Shown here: positions 1 through 12,560 of the stretch, in pieces
Layout: each line of letters starts with the position of its first letter
How positions within the stretch are numbered: the first letter of the stretch is position 1
Assembly (NCBI RefSeq): GCF_006345805.1
Contig: NC_043002.1
Span: forward strand, 115,568,001-115,632,000
Direction: 5' to 3'
Source of the DNA: Octopus sinensis
Lineage: Eukaryota
Length of the DNA stretch: 64,000 nt
The notes under the pieces: model-generated
What the model was told of the DNA's origin: nothing
What the model saw: the letters and a program-made list of their open reading frames with translations, nothing else
Database searches by the model: none
Made by a program: the position numbers and the translations under genes

Positions 1-30
1 TTAAATAGTCATTTGAATAATAAGAATTGT
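1..30 (-). CDS. candidate exon (5' part; runs off window) of an unidentified minus-strand gene
   Basis: On the minus strand, cctaac branch-like motif plus ctgctttcag| acceptor. Joined to exon 140-174 it reads YNSYYSNDYL. Confidence 0.4.
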   Translation of the reverse strand, partial: TILIIQMTI

Positions 31-139
31 CTGAAAGCAGACGATTACTAGTTAGGTGACTTCTTTTTGATATTGATGTAAGTTTGCTATTGTTATTTTC
101 AACAGATAATATAAATAGAAACATGCACAATAACCTTAC

Positions 140-174
140 ATTCAGAAGCCGTTTCTTTGATCTGCATGCAACCA
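140..174 (-). CDS. candidate 35-nt exon
   Basis: Minus strand: T-rich tract ...ctaaaactattcag|TGGTTG...CTGAAT|gtaagg. Flanking introns would be 109 and 131 nt. Confidence 0.45.
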
Positions 175-305
175 CTGAATAGTTTTAGAAGATAAATAAA
201 AAAAAGTTTTAAGTAGCAAAAGTATAACTTACGTAAATTGAAATAACAAAGAATCATCTTTATAAAGACTTTCTATCATTAAAACGCTTACTTTAAGCCA
301 CTTAC

Positions 306-344
306 ATGTTTTTGTATACCATTTTGTATTGTCCGTGACAAGAC
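306..344 (-). CDS. candidate 39-nt exon
   Basis: Minus strand: tttaacttttag|GTCTTG...AAACAT|gtaagt. The three exons splice to the open frame SCHGQYKMVYKNIGCMQIKETASEYNSYYSNDYL. Confidence 0.45.
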
Positions 345-579
345 CTAAAAGTTAAACAAGTTTCTAAAGTATGAAAATGGAGAAGTTGCAGTTTATGTTC
401 TGTGAAGGCAAAGAAATTCTAAAATGTAAATCTAATCTCATGAACAAACATAATGAAGTGTTCACCTGGTATCCCTACCAATTCATTAAAACATTTAAAA
501 AAGTTCCAGTTAACTTTTTTTGAATTAAGTAATGTCGTGGCTAGCATCCTTATTCTTCTTGTTACCTTTAGTTTCATCA

Positions 580-1080
580 TTGATGACGAAGCATTTTGTC
601 TGTCCTTACATTCTGAGGTCAACTTTGCCTTTCATCCTTTCGGGGTCAATAAATTAAGTACCAGTGAGATACTGGGGGTGACTAGCCCCTCCCACTAGAT
701 TTAAGGTATTTTGCATTTAGTAGAAAGAATTATCATTATTATTATTAAGGCAGTGAGCTGGCAGAATCATTAGGACGCCAGGCAAAATGCTGACCAGCAT
801 TTTATCTGTCTTTGTTCTAAATTCAAATCCCGCCAAGGTCAACTTTGCCTTTTATTTTTTTGGGGGTCAATCATTTAAGTACCAGTGAAATACTGGTGTC
901 GATATAATCAACTAGCCCCCACCCCAAAAATTTCAGGCCTTGTGCCATTAGTAAAAAGGATTATTATTATTATTGTGGTGGATTAGCAGAATTGGTAGAG
1001 CATCAGAAAAATTACACTATGACATTTGTCCTGACACTTTACTTTCTGAGTTCAAAGAATGTGCCAAAATTTGAAAAAAT
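580..1080 (+). mobile_element. cluster of decayed SINE family B copies (tRNA-like head, MESC/Meta-like core)
   Basis: Repeated ggc(a/g)gtgagctggcagaatc...ggtcaactttgcctttcatcctttcggggtc...aagtaccag, with (ATT)n tails. Confidence 0.8.
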
Positions 1081-1418
1081 TATTAGCGAAGGCGGAAGTA
1101 CCGTTTTCAGTCGTGTTTGTTTGTCAGGAACCACTGGATGGATTTGGATGAAAATTTCAGGGATGTTTGGCCCTGCGACTGGCACAAACTGAACTGCTTA
1201 GATTTTGGGATTGATATGGTACTGGACAAGGATTCTAGATTATTTTTCCGTTTTTTTTACTTAATTTTTGAGAGCAGTCAGGTTCATATTTAGTATTCTC
1301 ATTTGTGAGAGCTGTCGAATTTATTTAAGATATTCTCATTTTAAAAATCATTTCCAGCTAATCATTGAGAGGACATTGGTGTTACCTTGCCAGAGGTTTG
1401 CACTCTCTGAGTACTCTT
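1081..1418 (+). mobile_element. HINE/DINE-1-like non-autonomous Helentron element
   Basis: 5' cgaaggcggaagt...gttttcagtcgtgtttgtttgtc...ggatttggatgaaaatttcaggg. 3' ccttgccagaggttt followed by the hairpin gcactc-tct-gagtac. Inserted in a T-rich site. Confidence 0.6.
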
Positions 1419-1448
1419 ATTATTATCATCATCATCATCATTATTATT

Positions 1449-1680
1449 AAGGTAGTAAGCTGGCAGAATCATTAACATGCCAGACAAAATGCTTACTGGC
1501 ATTTTGTCTGTGTTTACATTCTGAGTTCAAATTCCTCTGAGGTCGACTTCGTCTATCATGCCTTCAGGATCAATAAAATAAGTACCAGTTGAATGTTGGG
1601 GTCAATGTAATTGACTTATCTCCTCCCCCAAAATTACTGGCCTTGTGCCAAACTTTGAAACCATTATTATTGTTGTTGTT
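1449..1680 (+). mobile_element. SINE family B
   Basis: Same head and core as above, with an (ATT/GTT)n tail. Confidence 0.8.
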
Positions 1681-1997
1681 ACCATTGACACCCCAGTTTG
1701 ACTAAAAGTCCTACAGCTATTTTTTTGTCAGTACCTCCTCATACTGATTTATATGATTTAATTATTACTTATTTTACCTTTTGCTAGTCCTGTGTCTTTA
1801 CTTTATCTTTGCTTGGTTACCCTTTTACCCTTTTATTACCCTGTCATCTTTAAGATCTCTGATAATGAAAGATTAACCAGTGTGTGTTTTGTGGGTGAGC
1901 ACAAATGCCCGTATGTGTGTATGTATGTGGATGTTTGTGCATGTGTATATACATGTATTGAATCATTTCCTTTTCCCCTTTCCTCTTGACGCTCCAC

Positions 1998-2033
<36 letters not shown>

Positions 2034-2849
2034 GTTGTTGTTATCGTGCTACTTCTGCCATTGTAGTGATGAGGCATGTTTTTTACCAGCTTGGACTTGT
2101 CTGACTAAATAAGCAGCTACACACCATGGAAACTCCAGCATAGTAGGTCACTGGACCTGCCTGGATAAACTACATGTATATCTGTTTGTCATCTGTCTGT
2201 CTGTCATCTATCTATCTCTTTATGTGTATGTTCACACATGCATGTATATGTATATAAACTTACATATGTCTATATACATGTGTGTGTGTGTTTCTATCTG
2301 TCTATATATGTATCTCTGTATTTGTGTGCATGCAGTTTCAGACCTACATTTTGAGGGCCCCTTTTTAGTAACAAAAGAGCAATATCCATCTAGGTCTTAA
2401 AAGCCCTGCTATTTATGCAAGAATCTTGAGGCCCAAAGGGCATTGACTGGTATGATTGAAAATCATACCTCAAAAATGAGGCCATGCAGCAAGTCTCTTC
2501 CTTCAGCAGTGAGGTTTAGACAACTGTTGTTATCTTTTTTAATGTGTGTCTTCCATGACTATTAATTCAGAAATAAAATTTAAGCAGTACATCTCGCGTA
2601 TCTATTTAGATTTCTCTACTGTGTTATCTCACATGTCAACAATTACTGATGTGAATAAAAGATTTTCCATACCTTGTAATTATCCAATTATAGGTGGGAG
2701 ACAAAAGTTATGAATTATTTATATACATATTTGATGCATTACCGACTGATGAACTAAAGCATAACAAAAATCAGAGTTAATATATTCTTTCATTTTAAAT
2801 ATCTATGAGAAAAATACCACACAAACTATATAAAAATATACGTGTTTTT

Positions 2850-3340
2850 GTTTTTTCTAGTATCATATTGATGGAGTTTTGTCATATGAAATCTTCTTAG
2901 AAATGTCATTTTATAAGGATACAAATTATCCTTAAGGAATTTAAGGAATTTAAGCACTCTTTCAACATAGTAGACCAAAATTTATCCGTTAGATAAATTT
3001 ATTTTCTTTAATCTTTGGGAAATTCCTTTTGCTTCACAGCTTATAATAGGCATGGACTGGTATAGTTTAAGTGCAATAACGATATTGGTGAACTCTTCAA
3101 TTAGTTGTTGCTCACAACCAGGCTGAAGAATTTCTGTGCATTGCATTTTGGATGATGCATTTACTTCTGTGTTCTAGGATTTCAAATGGTGCAATTAATC
3201 TCTAAAGCGATAACACTCATTTACTAATATAGCATCAATATCATCTTATAATAACTTAACACTGTCCTCATCAATTTCATAATAGTTAACCATTTCTGGA
3301 GAGAAACTTAAACCTATCTGCAATCTGTTCATTTGGGTTA
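2850..3340 (-). pseudogene. decayed hAT transposase C-terminus (dimerisation domain)
   Basis: Minus-strand pieces EEFTNIVIALKLYQSMP.ISCEAK and DKFWSTMLKECLNSL match the hAT FPN..IAL.IY...P...C..ER.FS...RSTM pattern. Stops and frameshifts present. Confidence 0.55.
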
Positions 3341-3479
3341 ATCCTTTAACGTAATTGGATTACCAAGCAGAAGAGAGTGGATTTAGAACTTCCATTATAA
3401 ATTTTTTTGTTCCCCTCAAAGAAACATTAACACTTGTTTCATCTTAAAATTTTTTGCAACAATGCATTTCAAAGCAACA

Positions 3480-4530
3480 TAATAACTTGCACCTACCCAT
3501 ATCATTTCTTCTACTCTTTCAGGATTCCTCTCTAGCCTCGTCTACTACTCCTTTTCTGTCACCTATCCCTTACACCTTCTGTATATACTCAACCCTTTGC
3601 TAAGATCATTGTCTTCTCTCATCTGTTCTCCTGTAGTTAAAGGAGCCAGTTTAGGGTCTTATCCTTGCAAGTTATGAGGTTATCGTTACCTGTGTTGTAC
3701 TCTCTGTAAAATGGTTAGTGTTAGAAAGGGATTCCAGCCATAGAAACCATGCCAAAGTAGACATTGGTGCCCAATGCAGTCCTCTGATTCATCAGACCTT
3801 GTCAAAACATCCACCTTCATCCAGCATAGATGGAAGATGTCAAATGATGATGATGATATAGACGTGTATGTATGTGTGTGTGACTTTGTTAAAATATCCA
3901 TGAGTCAGAAAAAAAGGGCACCCACATATTAAATAATGGAGTGGGTGTACTATTATTATATAATGAATCAGTGACACAAAAAAGGAACTTGTGACAGTGA
4001 CATGTAAAAGACACCAAGTAAACTCTGTATCGTGGTTGGTGTTAGGAAGGGCATCCAGCTATAGAAACTAAGCTAAAGCAGGCAACTAGAGCCCAGTGCA
4101 GGTCCCTGGCCTAGATCAAATCATCTAACCCATGCTAGCATGGAAAATGGAAGTTAAATGATGATGATTCATTAACATGCCAGACAAAATGCCGAGTGGC
4201 ATTTTGTCTTTCATGCTTTCAGGATTGCAAAATTCAAAACCATTATTGTTGTTGTTGTTGTTACCATTGACACCCCATTTTGACTAAGTCCTACAGCTAT
4301 TTTTTGTCAGTACCTCCTCAGACTGATTTATATTATAGTCTCATGCTAGCTAAATTATATTATAGTTTCATCATCATCATCATCATCATCGTTTTTAACG
4401 TCCATCTTCCATGCTAGGATGGGTGGGACAGTACAAGAGCCGGCCAGGCCGAAGCCTGCACCAGTCTTCTTTGACTCTTTTGGCAGGATTTTTACAGCTG
4501 GATGTCCTTCCTAGCACCAACCATGCTAAC
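3480..4530. mobile_element. three RTE-family-1 3' end fragments (about 3480-3857 +, 3995-4168 +, 4370-4530 -)
   Basis: gttaggaagggcatccagct...cccatgctagcatggaa...gttaaatgatgatg terminus, the same as the end of the RTE at 36645-38993. Confidence 0.75.
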
Positions 4531-5039
4531 TAAATCAGAAAATGCTTTAATACAAGAAATGGAGCATCAAATTCAACAGAAATTGTTGAATGGCACAATT
4601 TGGCATGAGCTCTTTCCTGCCTGTGACCTGAAAATAGCACATTAGGTTTATGAGTTTCAGAGCTCTTGGGGAAAACTGAAACGAATTTCATGGGTAAAAT
4701 CACCCAGGTCAAATCCCAAAAGGAAAGGAATAATCAGTCCGAGAGTTACGTCCCTTGGATTGGATTTTAGGTCTCCTAAAAAAAAGTCCACCCTAGTATA
4801 TAATATTTGATTGTCGGATGGGGTGGAGTAGAAGCCCAGCTGGAGGAGGAATGTAAGTAGAGCTGTGGGGAAGGCTTAATTTTCAAACTATGTGCAGTCA
4901 TGTAAATGCATGTATATGTGTAGGCTTGTATATATTGAAGCTGAATCTAGGGGGAACAAACTGTGTATTAATTTCTCACATAGTGGTAAGGGAATTCCTG
5001 ATGGGAATACTTATGGTGCAGCCACCCAGAACGCTATGG

Positions 5040-5340
5040 TTTACTCGCACTCATGAAGACAGAAGGGGGGAAAAAAGCTCACTTTTAAAGACGTTCCTGG
5101 CTGAAAAGAGTTCTTCAATATGATTCTTTTCTCTAAGCAGACTGTACCTCCTATTGCAGTTAAAGGAAGATTTGCACTTTTCTCGTATTCTCCACTGGAT
5201 GTTGTATTTGTGTGGTGGTTTCTTTCAGTGTCCATAGATTTACAAAGCAGAAATTTATTGATGGTGGGTCTCTGTACGTTTAGCACAGTGAAATTTATTG
5301 ATAATAGTGTTAAACAAGCCATTAAGGGACCCCAGTTGCC
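5040..5340 (-). pseudogene. Penelope-like element remnant, C-terminal GIY-YIG region
   Basis: Minus strand: HKYNIQWRIREKCKS, CLEKRIIL and KSELFSP..LH resemble the PLE Y.I.W.I...C.LCL.EK..I...LN.RSEL...CRH motif. Confidence 0.55.
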
Positions 5341-5356
5341 TCAATATTATCAATAA

Positions 5357-5424
<68 letters not shown>

Positions 5425-5445
5425 ACCCGTGTATTATACACATGT

Positions 5446-5775
5446 GAAGGTGCATGGATCAGTGGTTAGAGTGTTAGGCTCACAATCATGAGGCAATGAG
5501 TTCGAATCTCAGACTAGGTTGTGTGTTGTGTTCTTGAGTAATGCACTTTATTTCACGTTGCTCCAGTTCACTCAGCTGTAGAAATGATTTGCGACATCAC
5601 TGGTGCCAAACTGTATCAACATTTCCTTTGCTCTTGGTTAACATCGGTGGCATGGAGACAGGAAGCTGGTATGTGTGGGCTTCCATAAACAACCTTGCCC
5701 AGACTTGTGCCTTGGAGAGGAACTTCCTAGGTGCAATCCCAGGTCATTCATGACTGAAGGAGGTCTCTACCCTTT
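5446..5775 (+). mobile_element. tRNA-derived SINE family C
   Basis: A-box tggatcagtggttag and B-box gagttcgaatctc. Core ctccagttcactcagctgtagaaatg. The tail is also found at 48608-48790 (-). Confidence 0.8.
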
Positions 5776-5884
5776 TATATGTGTATATTTGTGTTATCCC
5801 ATTATTGTTTAATTTATGCAAATTACCTAGGCCATAAATGTGTTCTATTCTTTTTATCTATGTCTATGTCCCTTGACTTCCAGT

Positions 5885-5956
5885 GATAAGTTAGGATAAT
5901 CGTCATGCTGATGACGCCTATTGAGGCAGAAACATGTCCGTGACAGTCCTCTTATC
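5885..5956 (+). ncRNA. minimal type I hammerhead ribozyme (Penelope-type)
   Basis: Stem I gtcatg/cgtgac, extended by agga/tcct and gataag/cttatc. Core CTGATGA at 5908-5914. Stem II gcct-attg-aggc. GAAA at 5929-5932. Palindromic stem III ACATGT. Cleavage triplet GUC ends at 5938. Confidence 0.8.
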
Positions 5957-7189
5957 TTCAAATAATAAACCTGTCCTTTTTCTCGATGGCTTATCAACTT
6001 TGGAGAATTTTCTAATTCTTCAGATTATCTTATCATATATGGCACTGTTCTCAATTATCATCTAGTAATTGTAACATATTTTCTAAAGCTGGAGATAATT
6101 TTAATAAATCAAGAATTCATGCTGTGTGGCATTTTATACACCTAAGTTATTTCTCTTAGCTCTCATCAAACAAAACATACATTTTGAAATTCCTAGAAGG
6201 GTATGACTAGCATGACCATTTGGTTACCAGAAAATTTCTAAGTTTTAATGTGTCACCGTTATAGTTATATATATTCTGGTGAAGGCTACTTTTAGTTCAA
6301 AAGGAAAAATTTTCAAAGTGTGATTCTGTGATTTGATTAGTTTAAATTAGCATGATTGTTATTTTTATAGTCAACTTCATTTCCTTCCCTGAGAACCAGA
6401 AGTCAATTACCTGGGAATCACTATTCTGTCTCCTGTATAAAATTTCATTTACCCGCTGAAGTAAGAACTTTCTGTTAGTTTCTTTCCCCAGTGCGTTTAT
6501 GGTCAGCTTGTTACCACAATGGAAGTAGGTAAGGGAATTTCAGAACCGGTTCTATGAACTTGTGTAAACTTAGTAACCGGTTCTGTTATAAACTGGTTAG
6601 TCTTAAGAAAAAGTTTTCCAGTTGTAAAAACTGTGCCAAAAACATGGTGTACACAGTAAAGACAGCAAACTTTTACTGTTGCTATGTGTGCCAGATGACA
6701 AAGTACTATGACAAGTGGTAAGACATTGAGACCTGTGTAACCAAGTAACTGAGACTAGTATGTTAGAAACATATATAAAATGATGATGATTTGGCTTCCA
6801 GCTCCTTGAAAATTTCTCTAAATTCTGTATTGCTGTCTTTTATTTTCTTTATGAAATTAATACCTATTGTTACCACTTTCTTAACCTTGTTCATTCTTAG
6901 AGAATGCACTTCCAATTCTTTTTTTATCAAAGGAGCAAGTTTTTTTTTTTTTTGTCTTTTATGTCTTTTGATGGTGCACTATCCATAATTCTGGTGCTAC
7001 AGTTTCCATCATGTTAAACAAAGTAACTGATTCAGCCTCCAAACTATTTTCACCTCTCATGTTCACATGTATTCATTCTTCTCATATTCACATATAAAGA
7101 TTTTAAAGCAAGTAAATTTTCACTTTTCATAAAGTTTACTTTTATCTCATCTCTTCTTCTTCACCCACTTATTGCTAAGATGGCTATGG

Positions 7190-7800
7190 GGACAGAGTCC
7201 TCAGGCACACCTTTCACCAGGTCCTGTCAGAAGCAACCATTGCTAATTGATCTGGTTGGATCCCCAAATGAGACAACCAAGCTCATGGATGTTATCCAAC
7301 CATCTTGCTTGTAAGTCTACTCTTGAGTTGCCTCTGGTCGGTTTTGCCCAGAAAACCTGTCCAGCAATTCCTTCCTGAGACATTCGTATCACATATCTAT
7401 AGTATCAGAGCTGTGATCTCTCAATTCAGAAAAGTACCAGCTCTACATTGAACACCTCTCTCATCTTACATCCCTTATGTAAATATACTTTACTGTACTG
7501 TATTTACTATATCTGTTGTCTCATCTACAGCTGGCAACAAAACACAAATTCTGATACTGCTTATTTCAAGGATATTTGGATACCATTAACCATGAGGTAA
7601 TAATTATCCCCACATAAACGTGGATGTTCTGTTAGAACAAACTATACTGCAGTAGGTAACATGGGAGAAACTCTAATTTTGACTTTTGATGCAAAATACA
7701 CTCTTGTTTATATCACTAACGGGGAAATAAATCCCTGCCATCTCCAGTGTCAAGATCACCAGATCATGTGTTTTCAACCTTCCTTGACCTCATCAAAGAT
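7190..7800 (-). pseudogene. ancient RTE-like LINE remnant
   Basis: Minus strand ...ARWLDNIHE... is typical of the RTE ORF2 C-terminus; heavily decayed. Confidence 0.35.
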
Positions 7801-7879
7801 GGGTGCTCAACCACAGGAATTTATCTTCCCACTGCCTCTGTTGCTAATATGTTTTTAAACCATTAACCATGTCTTTTTT

Positions 7880-8200
7880 GTGATCAGAAACTGTCCTTTG
7901 GAATAAACTAATATTTTTAAATAACCTGACATTAAAATTCATGTAGCAGCAACAACTAAACACTTTTTAACAAACCCATCTTCAATGTATGGGTTGCTTA
8001 CACACTTCATAGCTTTTGTTATGGATGTATTTTTGTTAATTTGTCTCTTGAAAATAATTTGCTGATTCTTTTAAATGTGCTACTAATTTGTCTAAAAGCA
8101 GAATCAGTCCTTCAGTTTCCCTACAATTGGACAAATGGTAAGGTTTACATTTGTACTTTTCGTTAACTTCAACCAAATCATTCCATTTAATTCTATAAAG
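7880..8200 (-). pseudogene. hAT-Charlie (GTF2IRD2-like) transposase remnant
   Basis: Minus strand PYIEDGFVKKCLVVAAT resembles the KPF.DGEFVK.C motif. Confidence 0.4.
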
Positions 8201-9297
8201 AATTAATCATCTGCCCATTTTTCATTCGACAAATGGATTATTGCCAGCAGCTCTTCTTGCTCGTTATTTACAACATTCATTTAATATCCTTATCAAACAT
8301 ACAGATGAACTGCTAATTATCAATTATATGTAATAAAAGTATGCTAATATATTTTCTGTTCCCACATATTCCTACTTAGCATGTTGAAAGCAACTCATTA
8401 TTAAACTAGAGTTTTGGCCTTAAGCCTTAAACTGCATTTTGTTTTCATATGGGTTTTTATTACAATTTCATCCACTGACTCTTTCAGATTTTGAATTGCA
8501 AAATAGGTATTTAGTCCAGCAGAGACAAAACCAGAACCTGATCAACAGAATATATTGCTTGTTGTTATTTTAGCATCTCAATCAGATATTTTTTTCCAGG
8601 CGGTTATTTATTGCAACACACTATTTCAGTGTACATGGTATGTCTGGAATAAAAATTGTTGTAAGTATAACTAGACAGAGAAAATAATTAGCATAGACAA
8701 GGAACAAACAACTTGTAAAGTTAATAGCTAATGTAAGGAGCAACATTTTGTAATAGCACCAAATCAAACAGACTTGAAAGACATGACTGCTTACAAATGT
8801 TCTGCAGCCTAAAATGTCAACAGTAAATAAGTCCCCTTTGTTCATAATTGTTATATGTCACCATCATCAAAAGGTTAAGAAATTATTGGAGCACTGGAGA
8901 TTTTAAATCGAAAGAAAATAAAGGGATTGGATGACAGCAATAAAGTGGAATATTAATACTGAATTTCTTTTTTTATTTTGTATTAACTTTACTACAGTAT
9001 TTTTTGGTTTTAAATATCACTGTGAAGTAAGTATATATGTAAATGAAATACAATATGAAAAACTGTAAGATATTGTTACTAAAACTTCAGCTTTCAAATT
9101 GCCGTTGGTCTGACTCCTTTTTAATGGAAAACTCCCTCTCTAGCTTTCATAAATTAGTATGCATATTTGAGTGTGTGCCTGCCTAGGCCTGTCTCTCAGT
9201 GCATATGTACTGCAGAATCAATTTATGTGAAATCTTGCTGTCCTTCATATCGTTACATATTGATGCAGACATAAAACTGTTGATGATATATTTCAGA

Positions 9298-9760
9298 CTC
9301 TCTCTCACTCTCTCTCTCTCTCTCTCAACTCTTCTCACTCTCTCTCTCTCTCTCTCTCAACTCTTCTCACTCACTCTTTCTCTCTCGACTCTTCTCTCTC
9401 TCCCTCTCTCTCTCTCAACTCTTCTCACTCTCTCTCTCTCTCTCAACTCTTCTCACTCACTCTTTCTCTCTCGACTCTTCTCACTCTCTCTCTCTCTCAA
9501 CTCTTCTCACTCACTCTTTCTCTCTCAACTCTTCTCACTGACTCTTTCTCTCTCGACTCTTCTCACTCACTCTCTCTCTCTCAACTCTTCTCACTCACTC
9601 TTTCTCTCTCGACTCTTCTCACTCTCTCTCTCTCTCTCTCTCAACTCCTCTCACTAACTCTTTCTCTCTCTCTTTCAACGTATCTTACTCACCTCACTCT
9701 CAACCTCTTTCTCTCTCACCTCACTCAACCCCTTCTTCCTTCCTCTCCCTCACTCTCTCT
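9298..9760 (+). repeat. complex (CT)n minisatellite
   Basis: About 25-30 nt units of ctctctctctc(a/g)actcttctcact. This is the source of the spurious 152-aa L/S ORF. Confidence 0.95.
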
Positions 9761-10024
9761 CCACTAAGAACCTTTATCTAATATCATTTGTTTAGAAATG
9801 AGGGTTTCTAGTTTCAATCCCACTGAGTCCTATGTACATATCCAAAAATAAAGACATGATGATGATGATGATGATCAACCTGAACTGAGTGGAGTATAAA
9901 AGATGATATCAAAAACATTTATCGTCTCTAAAAATGACAATAACACTTCAAAAAATATATTAGAAATCACTTTTCTTAGTTATTTTGACAGGAATTTTTA
10001 ATGTTCACAGATATTTATCATTCC

Positions 10025-10385
10025 ACGTCTTCGTTTAATGTCCACTTTCCATGCTAGCATGGGTTGGACGATTTGACTGAGGAAACCAGATGGCTGCACC
10101 AGACTCCAATCTGATCTGGCAGAGTTTCTACAGCTGGATGCCCTTCCTAATGCCAACCAATCCGAGAGTGTAGTGGGTGCTTTTTACATGCCACTGGCAC
10201 AAGGGCCAGTCAAGCGGTACTGGCAACGGCCAGTCTCAAATGGTGCTTTTTATGTGCCACCTGCACAGGAGCCAGTCTAGCGGCACTGGCATGACCTCGC
10301 TCGAATGTTTTTTCACGTGCCACCAGCACAAGTGCTAGTAAGGCGATGCAGGTAGCAATCAAGCTCGAATGGTGTTTTTAACGTT
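10025..10385 (-). mobile_element. RTE family 1 3'UTR fragment
   Basis: Conserved terminus plus four ggtgctttttac(a/g)tgccac-type modules. Confidence 0.8.
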
Positions 10386-10642
10386 GATAACTCTTTTTCA
10401 ATATTCAGATGACTTCAAATAAGGTTCCACATAAGGTATAAATATATACAACCTTTGAGGATTACAGTATACAAATTCTAATCACCCATTGATGAATGAA
10501 AGCTTTCTTCTTTCTGATTGTTCAATGGTGAATATAAGATGACATAATGCTATGTTTTTAAATCGGTATAATATTTTTGTTTGTTAACTTCACTCAGAGC
10601 TATTGTAAAGTTCAGTCTGGGTTGCTCAATAAAGTTGAAGAC

Positions 10643-10863
10643 AGGTGCAGGTGTGGCTGTGTGGTAAGAAGCTTGTTTCCCAACTACATGGTTCTGGGTT
10701 CAGTCCCTCTGCATGACACCTTGGGTAAGAGTCTTCTACTATAGCTTCAGGCCAACCAATACCTTGTGGGTGAATTTGAAGCCTGTGTGTTGTGTGTGTC
10801 TGTGTTTGTCCCCTACCACCACCTGACAACTGGTGTTGGTGTGTTTGTGTTCCTATAACTTGG
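10643..10863 (+). mobile_element. SINE family A, 3'-truncated
   Basis: ggtgcaggtgtggctgtgtggtaagaagcttg head. Confidence 0.85.
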
Positions 10864-11591
10864 CAAATTTAAACGAGTAGTACCATGTTGTCAAAGCCAG
10901 ATTAAGAGATTAAGCACTCAAGAGATTTTTGTTCCCCCACATATATATGTAATTCAAAATATAGACAATAATAAACCATAAAATAAATTTTTATCTTTCA
11001 AAATGAAATAAAACTAACAGTGAGATGGAAAATAATGTTTATTTTTGCAAACTTCTATTTTATTTATATTTGTAAAGTTTTCTCCTACTTTTTTAATTGC
11101 AAAGTATTTGATCAGATCCTCAAAATTAATCTTACATGACATTTCTCCTTCTATACTTAGTAGAGATAAGGCAACCTCAATATTATTTTAGCAAGTGATT
11201 TCTTTTGTGCCATAAACCATTTACCATTACTGTGGTGCCCCACTTCCCTTGATGCCCGAAGCATGTGCTCATTTTGCTTAATGGTTAATCCAGCACTGCA
11301 TGTTGTCTTGTCATGTCCTTTTGCAAGATCATCAAATAAAAGTAGATTAGAATGAAAAGTTTGTTTCTGACAAATATGACATAACATTATTTTCTCATAT
11401 CAAAAAAATATTTATTCTCATTAATATCACTCACAGGAAAAGTGATAAGTACAGCTACAGAAAATATCCAGTCAGTATGACTCAGTAAAGATAAACACAT
11501 ATACATTAGGTCTATACATATACGTATACATTAGGTACATGCATACATGTCCTTATTTGTGTATATTTTGGTTGCCATCTCCAACTGAGTA

Positions 11592-12030
11592 TACTCTTTA
11601 CTCTTTATTTTACTCTTTTACTTGTTTCAGTCATTTGACTGCGGCCATGCTGTAGCACCGCCTTTATAGTTGAGCAAATCAACCCTAGAGTTTATTCTTT
11701 GTAAGCCTAGTACTTATTCTATCAATCTCTTTTGCTGAACCACTAAGTTACGGGGGACATAAACATGCCAGCATCGGTTGTCAAGCGATGCTGGGGGGAC
11801 AAACACAGACACACAAACAAATACACACACATACATACACACACACACATATATATATATATACATATACGACGGGCTTCTTCCAGTTTCCGTCTACCAA
11901 ATCCACTCATAAGGCTTTGGTTGGCCTAAGGCTATAGTAGAAGACACTTGGCCAAGGTGCCACGCAGTGGGACTGAACCCAAGACCATGTGGTTAGTAAG
12001 CAAGCTACTTACCACAGCCACTCCTGCGCC
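11592..12030 (-). mobile_element. SINE family A, full length
   Basis: Minus strand: ggcgcaggagtggctgtggtaag head, internal (TA/TG)n, and aagtaaaagagt tail. Confidence 0.9.
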
Positions 12031-12059
12031 TATATAAAAAAAAATAAGGGTTGAGAATC

Positions 12060-12560
12060 AAAGATATTTATTACAAAATAACAGAAATTTCTACAATGTT
12101 CCATATCAGTCATCGGCAAACGTCAGACTGTGGCACTTTCTGCATGATACACCAAATGGAAATTTGCCTTGTAATTCCTTTTAGTAGTGAGCCTTACCCG
12201 ATGACGACCCACATCTTATTTTGCCTACTTTTCAAAGATGGCTTCCCATTTCTGTTCTGAATGGTTTTTGGTGCATAAATCCAGCAGACAATGGCAATTT
12301 GGTGTGTTCAGCTACCTGCTCATCAAGCTGCAAAGGGCAAACTATCAAAGTGTCAGCCATTCTCCAAGAGATTTATGGTTGAGCCTGTGGCAGTGAAGAC
12401 CTCCAAACTATATCCTTGCTCACTGCTATCAGGGTGGAGATGGCTATCTGCAAGTGTGAGCCCTGTGAGTCAGGGTGGTTGTTCCAGCACATCTCCTTGA
12501 CCATCTAACAGAACAACACCTTTTCCATTTTGTCTGCTGGTGTCATGAGGCAGTTTGACA
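12060..12560 (-). pseudogene. possible decayed piggyBac transposase C-terminus
   Basis: Frameshifted pieces QTKWK/KVLF..M..MCWNN and LDEQVAEH loosely resemble PGBD4; weak. Confidence 0.25.

Noticed and set aside
2746-2790. Other CTGANGA cores (2746, 3123, 44586, 51553, and 6017 on the minus strand)
   Set aside because: No properly placed stem II, GAAA and NUH with a closing stem I.
6411-9026. Isolated microexon-like sites (6411-6432 -, 6492-6528 +, ~8795-8808 -, 8998-9026 +)
   Set aside because: Good splice dinucleotides but isolated, on both strands and partly next to TE debris; expected by chance in AT-rich DNA.
9199-9657. 152-aa Leu/Ser ORF
   Set aside because: CT minisatellite, non-ATG start.
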